Numbered from the whole stretch's first letter, positions 12,079 to 24,265 are shown. The stretch is 63,644 nucleotides of DNA, filler included, from Choristocarpus tenellus KU-1152 (GCA_964200185.2; 12 parts of 12 records of this genome joined end to end with filler, not necessarily neighbours in it); one strand, 5' to 3'. Notes: generated by a model from the sequence alone, not told the origin. Numbers and translations: made by a program.

Positions 12079-14675
12079 ATGTTGTTGTCCTTGGAACAGG
12101 CGGAAGAGCTTCTGCAAGAGATACGACATAGCATCAGAGAGCTTAAACCCTTACGAGTGACTCTGGGGAGTGAACAGGAGGGTGAGGAAGGCCTTCCAGA
12201 TGTCTGGGGGGTGGGGTATATCGAGGTGAGGTTATGCACCAGATCGAGGTTAGGTTGAGGTGAAATACAGGCATTTTCAGGTATTAACGCATGTGCTATT
12301 GATACTGGATTCATTTTTCATTCATCTCTACTTATCCTCTACCTCCTCTTTCGTTGTGGTATACTCCCAATCCTCGACCATCCCACTCTAGTACCCGCTA
12401 CAAGTCATGAATCTTGGAATATCTTGGTTCGTAAATCCACTCTTCAATCTTCCTCCACGCCTACTAGCTTCACACCGACCCCTATCCCCTGTTCACCGTA
12501 CATTGCTTGCCGACATTGCCCCTCACTAGAATGTGTGACAACTTTCCACCCCATTATTCTTCAGGCTTGCAATACCTTGATCATTCGAAAGGTTGGTGCC
12601 GTCCGGGAAGCTCTCGGGGAGGCGAGAACTGACGTGGGTCAAGTTTACGTTGAGAGCGAAAGGGCTTTGCTCCTTGCCAAGGTCAGGACAGGGATGTGTG
12701 TTTTTGAGGTACCACGTAGAGTGAGATAACAGGCATAGACTCCAATATTTCCATCATAGTTAAAAGTTGAAAGCGGACGTAATAATCGTTCTCTGATGAT
12801 ACTCGAGCGAATAGCCAAGCCAAACTTTGATTTTTCTCCACGATTGTGGGACAGATCACGCATGCGGAGAAGGACCTAGAGCACCTTCGTGGTGAACACC
12901 GTAGAGCAGCACATGCTCGTAAGACATACGAGGGGAAACTTGCAAGGAAACAACTACTTGGTGGGGGAAAGGAACAGGCACTACGCAGGTGATTGGCTTC
13001 TGGTGTTTCAAGTCGCTTCAGGACCACCCAGAATCTTTTGCATGATCCTGCTTTCTGAACATTCAGGGTACAGGCTAGACGAAAGAGAGACATTATTCTG
13101 TTCAATTATTGACAATTCCTAGGACTCGTCTAAGAATGAAAAAGAGGCTCAGTGTGTATTTTAGCGTCCAAAAATTTGTCCTTCACGTTTTGGACCATTC
13201 AAATAAACCCCCCCCGAGAAGAGTTTAGGGATCTCTCTGACTTTCTTGTGTGACACATTCCTGGACCACTCAGTCCACTGGTATGTAGTGGGTGCATTCA
13301 GTTGGCAAAAGCAAGTTATCTTTATCAATGCCCTCTTCTAATGTCTTCATCTTCCTTAAATATAGTTGAAAAAAATCAACAAAATTCCAAATGATCAAAA
13401 TGCACACCCTTCTTGGTTACTTCAACTCAGTTTTTTGCACCTCTAAATGGTAAGAGTGCAAAATCTCTGAGATGTTCATGAGCAAGGCCGGATGTGGCCC
13501 TGTCCTGTTCTTGTGATTGTGCATGTTCACTTTTTAAGAACATAAGACTGCCCCAGAGCTCCCCAACCCCCCAAGACTTTTAAAGAGCTGTTTCTCGCAC
13601 ATGGTTTGCTGTTGCTTGGCAATGGGCTGGTCAGAGGAGGACAGGGTCGAGGGGGAGTGGGGGGATCTGCACAGGCAGGAGAAGTGAAATTGTCTCTGCA
13701 ACGAACACAGAAAATGATGTCAGAGCAACTTGAAAGGGTGGCAAATGTGTCAGAGGTGGTGGGAGAACAGGACGCTATACTACGTGGGACATACGATGAG
13801 CATCAGGCAAGATGAAATGCCATATTTTTGGCTGATGATACACCGCTAAGAACCGTAACTACAATCCACTTCAAAGTGAATTTCCATGTGTTTTGTTTAA
13901 TTTAAATCAATAGTTCATGAAGAGTTCTATCGACTCTCCCCTGTGGAATTTGAACACAAGAGCAAACCAAACATACACGTGTGCAGAGTATTTGAATTCC
14001 ATTTTGCCTTGCCTGTATGCATGGCTGTTACATTGACCTCAGGCATTGGGCAACATAATTGTGTGTTCTTGATACCTTTCGGTGTTGCCTGTTGTATACT
14101 ATGGCATCATAGCATCAAGGGATGTGTTGACTTGGGCTTGTGTTTGGTGTTGGTAAGCTGTGAAGAGATTTCAGTGTTTGGGGAAGGGCACATTGTCCCA
14201 CTGTCCTTATCTTTGGATACATCTCTTATTTCCGGTATTTGAAAGTTACCGGTTTGTATTTGAGAGAAACCATTTTCCCTCTCCAGAATTACCACATCCC
14301 CGTGCCGAACAGAGTGCCTTTGCAAAGATACTGGGTGGATGTCTGCACTCTCCCAAAATGCCAGACAAAACTAACAGGGCTCATGTTCATGCACTCCCCC
14401 AGGTGTAGCCTTACCTCCCTAACCCTTGCCTCAACCCTATTGCCGTTCCTCACAAAATTTTCCCACAACCTTCTTAATCCCTGCGATCTGTGCCATGTCT
14501 GGTGTAATGAACCCAGGGTATTGTTGGCAGCGTGAAGCGCGCAGGGACAACCTTGACTCATCTCAAGACCAATGAAATCCTTGACATGGTGGCCATGGCT
14601 GCCTCCACTGCTGTCTTCTTTGCTACTGTATTGTTAGTGTTGTATCAGCGGTTGCCAACTTTTGGCTTATTATGA
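12079..14675 (+). CDS. SEC20: Sec20/BNIP1-family ER SNARE, 5 exons (12079-12225, 12565-12681, 12855-12988, 13635-13806, 14517-14675), ~242 aa
   Basis: All exon phases compatible; SNARE helix VKLSLQRTQKMMSEQLERV..ILRGTYDEHQGIVGSVKRAGTTLTHLKTNEILD; C-terminal TM VFFATVLLVLYQRL similar to BNIP1 FLATVLYIVKKRL; intron 4 is GC-AG. Confidence 0.85.
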
Positions 14676-17439
14676 CCCTGTAGATGATATTCTTGTGCGA
14701 GTTTGTGTATCTGTAACTCACAGCTGCTTCTTTGTGAGGTCATATTTTCCTTGTGTATTTTTTCCCATTCGGATGTTTGCATTTAGTGAAGACGTCCCGT
14801 AGCCTCAAGTACTGTTGCAAGGGTGAAAATAGTTGCCAGTATAGTAGAGGATACATCTTTTTTACTGCACCAAAATAATGATTTATGTAGCCACAAGTGT
14901 TGCTCTTGTACCAAGCATGGGACAAGTTTGCCCTTGTTTACCTGAAATATTTCTGTACATAGGTGTGATACGTTCTCTGAAACCCCTGGAACTGTGTGAT
15001 GAGTTGCTTGGTAAGAATGTATGGGCTCAAAGACCCTTGATGCTATGCTTCGAGTGAGTATCCTCCACCATAAATATACGAGGAATATGCCTAAAGCATT
15101 AATAGACTGATTCCAAGAGAATCTGCACAAAACCTTTTCTAGTCCATTACTGTCTGCTTCTAACTTAACCACCCAGCTGAGAGTAAAAATTGCAGTGAAT
15201 TCAAAGATGCTAGTCAAGTATATAGAAGCTGACCTCTTGGGGATTTGAATAGTGGCAACTGCCTGTTGGCAGGAAGGAAAGGTGGAGTCACCTACCATAC
15301 AAGGTGAACAGTATGTGAAGGTGTTGAAGTATTTTACACTGGACCCATGGTTAAGATGACCAGTTGTGTGCCCTCGTGGAGGATAATTATGCGGCTTGGT
15401 GTAAATATAAAATATTAGTGTTACGAGGGGCTTGTCGTCTCAGTTCCATTGACTGAACTCCTGGAACTAACAGCTGGTGGCACCCATTACTTTCCTATTG
15501 TATGGGGTTTGCACTCGTCCACGCTAACTGTGAATCACTCACTTGTCTTCAGTATGATTAGTATATCTAGAACACAGCACTTATCACCGACTCTCCATCA
15601 AATTGTCTACTCCACCAGTGGTGTCTATAGTGTATCAGTACTACTATGCATATATAGAAGGCATGAAGCTATGGCCTGTAGGGGGGGATCTGCTGTTGCA
15701 GAAGGTGCCCTGCTATTGGTCAAAGTGGAAAAGGCAAACACTTATACAAAGGCAGATAAATTGTAGGCTGGTGCAGAAGCTGCTGTGACAGGGGAATGTT
15801 ATGAGGAAGTGACTGGTGAGCAACAGAGAGCAAAAGAGAGGGAGGCTCAGCGGAAATCAAACCTAGACGATACCTCAGGTTTTTCTAGGAGCCAAAGAAT
15901 GAGAAGCACACAGGCGTACAAGGATGAAAATGGCGCAACTGGAGCAGAGCAGGGAAGAAAGTTGTTCATGCCCTATTAGGACCTTAAATATTTTCTCGTT
16001 TTGGTGGAGAAGGATATTGCAATCGGGAGATGTAGGTACATGTTGGACCAGTACCCACCATTGCACTACCTGCATTAAAGCTGTGCTCCGTTGCGATAGC
16101 TCCTTCTAACCAAGGGAAATGCTTGTCCTTAATTCAGTGGAGAAGTTGCGATTGTTTTGTAGAGTATGAGTACCTGATCGTGGCCTACTGTATTTGCTGG
16201 TAGGCATTGCAACAGACTTGCACTAGGACCTGGAGGGATGATACACCAGAATTTTCCTGTAGTAGTGGACCATCAAAATTGTATTATTCGATGAAGAAGA
16301 TGATTGCAGTGGTGGAGCTGGGAGGAAGAGTCGCTGGTGTATGGGGGGCGGGGGTGGAGTCGGCAATGGTCAGGATGTCAGGTCCATACCTTTGCCAGAG
16401 CCGGCAAGCTTGCAGAGTGTGTGAGGACATGGCAGAAAGGATTGCAAAAGTCTGGTGGAAGACAGATTGTCCTAAAATCATATCCAATGCATAACTCACT
16501 TTGTCATGTGTTGTAAGCAATAAGTGTTGGCCTGAAGATGATAAGACATCAACTCTTTCTCAGAGAACCATGGCTTTCGTGCTTGGTCTCAATTTGTCGG
16601 ATGGGACTGCACTAAGGACTCCAAATTTGACAGCACACGGTAGGTGCTTCTTTTTGAGATGATGAGACCAATGCGGTTTGTTCAAAATGCCTTTCACTAG
16701 TAGGCTGACAAGAAAAGTCCAGACACAAGCTGATTTTTTCTTTTCAAGGAGCCGAACCACTTTAGAGGTAGGTAAGTTTGGACCCTTTTTATGCAAAATT
16801 GACATTCCTCCTTTCCACACAAAATGGGACACCACAATTCAGCAAAGGTCCTTTCTCCAGATGCTTGAAATATTACCCTGCCTACCTCTCAGTTTGACTC
16901 GAGGTGCCACCACAGGGCTTGAAGTTCAAGAGGAAAGTTCTTTGTGTTAACTGGAAACAACATCGCATCAATGTTATCTAGTGAGACTATGGGCGTTGTG
17001 ACTCACTTTCTGCTGAGAAATCGGAGAGCCAGGTGGCAGTTACCAATAGTAAGGTTTGGATTTCTTAGCAACCCATATGATGTGTTGATTTTCTGCTTTG
17101 TAATGTTTGTGTAGTAATGAAGCGGAAAGTGTGAAGAAATATCCAGCAAGATGAATACTACGTAGTATGTCAGCTAGAACTCGCAAAGGCCATGCTATGA
17201 TCACCATTGGAGAACAGTTTGCATGAGGGAAACAACATCTCTTCCGAAATGCTCACTTACACACTATCTCCGTGCCATAAGTCTGTGCCGCGTTGCCCAT
17301 AACTTTTGAAGATTTTGATGAAATTCATTTTTGAATTAAGATTTGGGATCCTTGACGAATTTCTGGTTAGGGCCGGCTCTTTTTATTATGACTACTCCCC
17401 ATCCATCACAATTTTGTCAGCCACAGAAAAAGACTCCAT

Positions 17440-17920
17440 GTCTACGTTCAGCATGTTTTCAAGCTCACCAGACAACTGCCTCTTTTTACCCCCATGTGCT
17501 CCACACTGAAGTCATTTCCCCCTTTGTATCTAAGTACTTGATTGTACACCACAAAAAGGAGCTGCCAAGCCCTCTCAAGTGTGGTTTCATCATACTCCTC
17601 ATACTGTTTCTCAATGGCCTTCACCATCTCCTCGACAAACCCAAACCGCTCCCCCATCACCCGTCATTTCAAGACCTGGAGAAGCACAGGTTAATGATAT
17701 TGAGGTTGGGGGAGTTAGATGACTACATCACAAGTCTAATCGACCACTCCTCATTCTTCCCTGCTCCTAACAAGATTTCTGAGTTGCCCTTGCCCGTGTG
17801 GGGGGTGGCCCGTCTTGCTGAATGACAACGTGCTTCCCCTGGAACCAAGGCACCTTCGTCTTGATTGCAGGCAGGAACTCCTCCGAATACCACTTCCTGT
17901 ACCACAAATGATCTAAAGTA
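17440..17920 (-). mobile_element. Tc1/mariner (DD39D, plant-mariner-like) transposase C-terminal remnant
   Basis: VVIQQDG..PHTGKGN; degenerate NSPNLNI.NL.F (NSPDLN motif); EEMVKAIEKQYEEY..LERAW..YKGGNDFSVEHMG; frameshifted. Confidence 0.8.
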
Positions 17921-18134
17921 CGGCCCTTCTCATACACATTCCACTTTTTATGGTTCTTGCTGTTGAAACCTGAATCGAATGCATTGTATATGATACATAG
18001 ACTACGAAGGAAGAGGAATCATGGTGTTGTAAAGNNNNNNNNNNNNNNNNNNNNNNNNNNNNNNNNNNNNNNNNNNNNTTAATTAATTAANNNNNNNNNN
18101 NNNNNNNNNNNNNNNNNNNNNNNNNNNNNNNNNN

Positions 18135-18980
18135 GGGTCTTCGGGGGGGTCTTCCGCCATTTCACGCCCCCCTCTGTAAGAATGCGCTGGAACCTTACGC
18201 TCTCCTCCCGAACTTGCCAGCGACATCCCCACTGATGCACCTCACCACCAACCACCCCTTCTGGAGCCATTTCATCAATGTAGGCTGCCGTGGTAGCAGC
18301 GTCCCTGGTTGGTGGTAGTGGAAATTTCCACGACGCCCCAAGCCCATGGGGACGCTTATCAGGAGGTTTGCCAGCCAAGTACGAGTGACACTCTTTCCTT
18401 CTTTTGTTGAGTTTGAGACAGAAAGCATATTGTTTCGTACCGAGGACGCTCCCGGACACCTGTCTCCCTGTCGATGTACCTGCACCTATGTGGTGCTCTA
18501 TAGCCCCCGATGTCATGTCGTTTCCCCTGTGACCTCCGTGGTGATGTATGATGACGAGGAGATGGCGTTTTTGAGTTGGTCGTAGGTGAGGCCTGGAGCT
18601 GTGGACAGCTGTGCAAACAAACACCTGTGGCATGCTGTCCCTGATGCCAATAATCAGAGCCCCCCCCTTGGCGTGGTCCTCCTTGGCCGCATCCAGTTGC
18701 TCGTACTCTGTCCAGACGCGATCGAGACGGATGAACGGATGACGAAGTCAGCAGCGTCCTTCATTCCTGTGCCATTAGTGTCTCCGTGAGTTCAGAACAA
18801 CATATTTTCGCCACACAATGTCTTATAGACCCTTTCGCTGACATACACCACCAGATATAATCTCCATGTTGTCCGAGTCTCCACTGGTCGTGCTGGTGCT
18901 CCAGTCCAGCTGGGCAACTTCTTCATGTTGTTGAGGCCTATCACCTGCTCCTCTTCTCCATACAACTAAAGCTCATAACC
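18135..18980 (-). mobile_element. Internally deleted Copia family 2 internal region (PBS, gag/protease bits, integrase core)
   Basis: 18135-18310 aligns with the integrase at 23630-23800; PBS GGTTATGAGC (18971-18980) directly follows LTR1. Confidence 0.78.
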
Positions 18981-19383
18981 TGTGCAAAAAGAGCTGTTCG
19001 AATAGAGTTTTGCTTTATGTGGTATGAATGAAATTATTAGCGGAGTGAGCACCATCCCTCGAGGTGAGGGCTGCTCTGCCTCGTGATCTATTGCGCACGT
19101 CAGCAGACACGTCAGAACGTATCTGTGTCAGTCGCACTACGTCACTCGTTCTGCGTCACTGGTACTATGTCAGTCGTTCTGTGTCAGTCGTAGCTGCGTC
19201 AGTCGTCCTGTGTCAGCTACTTACATTAAGCAGCAACAAGAAATCAACCCATGGAGATTCGAACCTATTACTCTAATGTATGGAAACAAGTGATTGACAA
19301 TTAATTCACTGTCAACATTTCTGTTTCATAATACTGGTTACCAAACACGTAAGAGACTATAAACTACCAGCCTATATTGCACA
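18981..19383 (-). repeat. LTR copy 1 (403 bp)
   Basis: TGTGCAA...TTGCACA termini; PBS on one side and PPT-like TGGGGAT on the other. Confidence 0.92.
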
Positions 19384-19716
19384 ATCCCCATAGGTCTATT
19401 CCAACTCTAGCCAGGCTGCCCTCCTGTTGGGGCAGTCGTTTTTTTCGTGGGTGCTGACCACCGTCGCTGCAGCCCCCTTCGTGGCCTGGCCCATAGAAAC
19501 CACAAAGCCTCACGATGCTTGACGTATTCACCGTACGCGTTGTGTTCCCCAAATAATGTATCCGCCGTAGGAGATGCAGGGATGTGGTATGCCGGTTGGA
19601 GGATGCCGTATAGTCCCTTCCCACCAGCATTAGCTCACCAGCGCCATCCGTCATTCTGCCCACTTCTCCCTTGTATGCCCTTGCGCGCCAGTACATAGAT
19701 AGTGAGACTCGTAACC

Positions 19717-20202
19717 TGTACGAAAGTACTATTCGAATAGAGTTTTGCTTATGGTCTAAATGAAATTATTAGTGGAGTGAGCACCATCCCTCGAGGTGAG
19801 GGAGTGCTCTTGCCTCGTTTGTTGCGCAGGTCAGCTGACACATCAGAACGTGTCTGTGTTATTTGCACTACGTCACTCGTTCTGTGTCTCTCGCACTACG
19901 TCACTTGTTCTGCGTCTCTCGCACTACATCACTCATTCTGCGTCAGTTGTACTACGCCACTCGTTTTGCATCCGTCGTACCACGTCACTCGTTATGCATC
20001 AGTCGTAGTTACCATCAGTTGTCCTGCGTCAGCCACTTACATTAAACAAAGAGAAGTCAACGTGTCGAGATTCGAACCTATTACTCTCTGCGCGTAAGGA
20101 AAAAAGCGATTGATAATTAAGCCACTCGGCTAATATTTTTGTTACATGCTACTACTTACGAAACACTTAGGAAACCTATAGACTATCAGCCTATATTGCA
20201 CA
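19717..20202 (-). repeat. LTR copy 2 (486 bp; five 28-bp units)
   Basis: TGTACGAA...TTGCACA; homologous to LTR1; PBS GGTTACGAGTC at 19706-19716. Confidence 0.92.
20068..20132 (-). promoter_or_regulatory. tRNA-type Pol III A box and B box inside the LTR
   Basis: A box TAGCCGAGTGG (20132-20122), B box GGTTCGAATCT (20078-20068), 43-nt spacer. Confidence 0.55.
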
Positions 20203-20255
20203 CATAGTGTCAGCTTTCATGGGTCCGCTTCAATAACTATGAGGCTCACAACCCG

Positions 20256-20629
20256 TGTACAAAAAGAGCTGTTTGAATAGAGTTTTTGCTTTATGTGGTA
20301 TGAATGAATTTATTAGTGGAGTAAGAACCATCCCTCGAGGTGGGGGGGTGCTCTGCCTCGTTATCTATTGCGCACGTCACCACACACATCAGAACGTGTC
20401 TTTGTCAGTCGTACTATGTCATTCATTCTGCGTCATTTGTAGCTACATCAATCGTCCAGCATTAGTCATTTAAATTAAACAAAGAGAAGTCAACTCGTCG
20501 AACCTATTACTCTGGGCGTACGCAAACAGGTGATTGATAGCTAAGCCACTCAGGTAACATTTTTGTTAAATACTAATGATTACGAAACACTTAGGAAACC
20601 TATAGACTATCATCAGCCTATATTACACA
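20256..20629 (-). repeat. LTR copy 3 (374 bp; one 28-bp unit)
   Basis: TGTACAA...TTACACA; PBS GGTTGTGAGCC at 20243-20253. Confidence 0.9.
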
Positions 20630-21138
20630 TATACGAGCACGACCTGTGGAGGCTTGGACAACATGGAGATTATCTGTGGTGGTTTATGCCAGCAAATGGG
20701 TACCATTGAACGCTCAAGGCCAAGTTGGTGGCACACGACTTCACTCAACGAAAGGATGAATAAAACATTCTATTGTGATAGGCTTCATGCCTAGCGGAGT
20801 GAGTGCTACGTCCAACAAGAGAAATAGCAGAAGGGGGCTGGTTCAAATTTTCACCCATAAACTAAGCGAGAGATCATGGGACATGATTATACATCACTGT
20901 GTTGGCACATCTGAAGAAGCAGGTACAAGATGTATGTTAAAGTTGAGGTAATCAGTGTTCTTTTACTGCATTGACAGGATAAATTTGATGTATGTGGGAG
21001 TTGAGCCAATCTGTCTTATTTAATTTCCACTCTAATGGGGGAGTGCACAGAATAAGATGCTTTAGGTTTGAGAGTTCCAGCAACCCTTCATTGCCTGCAG
21101 TCTCATGAGGGGAGTGTGAAAAATGGGACAATAGTGAG

Positions 21139-21554
21139 TGTGCAAAAAGAGATGTTCGAATAGATTTTTTGCTTTATGTGGTATGAATGAATTTATTAGC
21201 GGAGTGAGCACCACCCCTCCAAGTGGGGGGTACTCTGCCTCGTTATCTATTGCGCACGTCAGAAGACACGTCAGAACATGTCTGTGTCAGTCGCACTACA
21301 TCACTCGTTCTGTGTCACTGGTACGATGTCAGTCGTTCTGCGTCAGTCGTAGCTGCGTCAGTCGTCCTGCGTCAGCCACTTAAATTAAGTAGCAATGACA
21401 AATCATCCATCGAGATTCGAAACTATTACTCTAAGCGTACGGAAACAAGTGATAGACAATTGATCGACTCAGTCAACATTCCTGTTACATAATACTGGTT
21501 ACCATACACATAAGAACCTATAGACTACCAACCATTCTATATATATATTGCACA
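21139..21554 (-). repeat. LTR copy 4 (416 bp), 3' LTR of the Copia at 21555-24265
   Basis: TGTGCAA...TTGCACA; preceded on the - strand by PPT TGGGGGAG. Confidence 0.93.
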
Positions 21555-24265
21555 CTCCCCCATGAGTGCTTCCGATCTGGAGAGTTTGACGGACCCTTGA
21601 ATCTTGGAGCGCCAGGTGATCAGCAATCCGTTGAACAATAGGAGGTAATCTGTGACGCTCCTGCGTGTTTGGGAATCGGTGCCCCAGTCGGAATCCCCAT
21701 ACCCCAACAAGAGCTCTCCGTCCCCTTCGTTCATATCTTTACTCCCCCGACCATAGTGAATATAGACATCCAGTGTCCTTGCTACGTAGCGCAGAACGTG
21801 TTGCAGTCCGCATCAGTGCCGCATGCATGGAAACGATGCTCTGCGCCCCAGTTCATGAATGCTGTCGGCCAGCTGCGGGCGAGTCATGCTTGCTACAAAC
21901 ATGAGTTGGCCGAGGATGCTGAGATAGGGGTAGATGGTGGGATTCAGCTCCTCCTCGTTGTCGTGCCTGGCAGAGAGGTCCATGCCGGGGTCAAGTGGTG
22001 TGGATGTGTCCCGCACTTCTATGGAGCCCATCCCGGGCATGACAGTGCTTTCCGTGTATAGCTGTTGGTCTAGGGTGATGCTGTCGGCACCTACAATGAT
22101 GCCCACCCCACTTAGCTTGTCCGGCGTGCCAAGGTCCCTCCCCTCGTACTTCTCCAGCAGTGATGCCCTCATCCTCTGGATCTCCTCTGTGAAATAAGTC
22201 CCCGGTGGTTGCAGTGTCGTTCACGTAGGTGGTGAGGATGGCGATGCGTCCGTCTTTACTCTTCCTGAAGTAGAGGCACTCGTCATGTTGGCTGCTCTCC
22301 ACCCTTCTGCTAGAATGGTGCCGCATAGCTCGTGATACCACTCCATGGCTAACTGCTTCAACCCATACATTGCCTCCTCTGCCTTGACGGTGTGGCCGTC
22401 AGGAAGCTCCAGCCGGACGTCCTCCTGCAAGTCTGCGTTGAGGTAGGCCTGTGTGAAGTCCAGGGCATCGATGATCCAACTTCTGTACGCTTCGACTGAC
22501 ATGACGCACCGTAGTGTGTAGTACCCCACCACCAGGCTGAAGATTTCGAAGAAGTCCACACCTGCATTTTGTATGAAGCCGTGGGCCACTAGTTGCGCCT
22601 TACAGCGTTCCACCGTCGTCCCGTCTGCGCAGTACTTGATTTTGAAAAACGAATCGTGTCTTGATCGTCTTCCTCCCTTGGGGCAGAGCCTTGTCACCAA
22701 ACATCCCCTTCTGCCATAGCCCTGTCATTTCCTTCTCCATGACCTCCTGCTCTGCATCCGACCTACTCAAAGCCTCCTTTGTTGTAGACAGCTCATCTGC
22801 ACCTGTTGACACCTCCCCCATGAGACCCCTAAGGCAGTACACATCGTTGTTGTTCTACTGTATGAGGCTAGACATGAAGTGGTTCATGTCCGTTTCTTCA
22901 CCCTCCTCCAGGTCGTACAGCTGGGATATCTAGTCCACCCGCTGGCGCTGCTGCTCCAGCCGGGAAGATGCCCGCTGTCCATAGTGTGGGGCCAGGCGCT
23001 TGTCCGCTATCTGCTCTGCCCTATCCATGCGCTGGCATTGTCCCATCCTGGGAGAAATCTGTTGACTTTGATGGTGTGCTGAGCTCTTGCATCTTGAGTC
23101 CCACACCCAATGTTTCCGCCCACATTCCCAGTCGTGTGTGCCTCACTCCCTGTTGTGGACGACTCCTCTTCACCTCCGCCATCGATGTTCAAGGCATCGT
23201 CATGCTCCGACTCCCCCAGTGTGTCCAGCTCTGGGTCCTCTACCACTTCCAGCAGTTTGGCTTCAGGTTGGAACTTTACTTGTGCAGAGGTCACCAGCTT
23301 ACCTTCCTGCGGGATCCATACATGCCAGCACAGTGACACCCTGTTGTGCCCGACAACGATCCCCTGATTCGCATACGGGTGGAACTTGGTGTTGGTGCCA
23401 CACTGTTGCTTGGTCTGATGCACGAAGCACTCCGTCCCGAAAACACGGAGCCGCTTGTAGTTGAACGACTTACTGGTAAGGCGCTCGCATGGTGTCTCGT
23501 ATGTGGCGTCTGCCACCGTGAAGAACCAGAACTCTTTCCCCAGTCCAGCCTGGATCAGCGGACTTCTCGCCGCTTGCATCACCTGTTTGATTGCCCACTC
23601 AGCAATCCCGTTGCTTTGGGGCGTGTGTTGGGGGGTCTTCTGCCATTCATTTCACGCCCCCCTCTGTCAGCATGCGCTGGAACCTTACGTTCCTCCCAAA
23701 CTCGCCAGCACCATTCCCGCCGATGCACCTCACCACCACCCCTGCTCAAGCCATTTCGTCAATGTAGGCGACGGTGGCCGCAGTAGCGGCGTCCCTGGTA
23801 TGTAGACACATCATGTGCTTCTCCCGACTGGCCTAGTCCACGAACACCTGAAAGTACTTCATGCTCGTCACGTCCTGGCAAAGGGTCCCTCCAGGTCTGT
23901 GTGTACCACCTCCGTCACCGTCTTGGAGCTGCAGACACCCCGTGCATAACTGAGTGCCTCGAACTTGCACTCTTTGCATACCAGGCAGTGGAGCTTTGAG
24001 GTGACTGTGGCATCTGCAATGTTCAGGAGGTTGCGCTTCTCCATGTGCTTAATCGCGAATGGGTTGAAGGGACCCAAAATGTTGTGCCAGTCAGAGAGGG
24101 AGATACGCTGCTACGTATTGGCATAGTTAGCATTGGCTGTCGTCTGGTCCTTCTTCCCCTTTATTACGTGAAACTGGACCCGCGGTATCAGAAAGGCTCC
24201 CTTCTCTTCCATATGGATCTTGGCTGCCCCCTTTTTGGGCTGGATGTAGCTCCTCCTGATCCCTG
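21555..24265 (-). mobile_element. Ty1/Copia family 2 pol pseudogene (pre-integrase Zn finger, integrase, RT, truncated RNase H)
   Basis: VHTDLEGPF; LGKEFWFF; LRVFGTECFVH; RCKAQLVAHGFIQ..GVDFFEIFS; LDFTQAYLNADLQED; MYGLKQ; YVND; GYGDSDWGTDSQTRRSVT; INT-before-RT order; many frameshifts. Confidence 0.95.

Noticed and set aside
14783-16950. 171-aa and shorter ORFs downstream of Sec20
   Set aside because: No motifs; probably decayed repeats or chance ORFs
19855-20035. 28-bp repeats as a CRISPR array
   Set aside because: Head-to-tail tandem units without unique spacers, inside an LTR; no cas genes; eukaryotic context
20055-20140. Functional tRNA gene
   Set aside because: A/B boxes are present but the acceptor, anticodon and T stems do not pair; reported as a promoter-like remnant only
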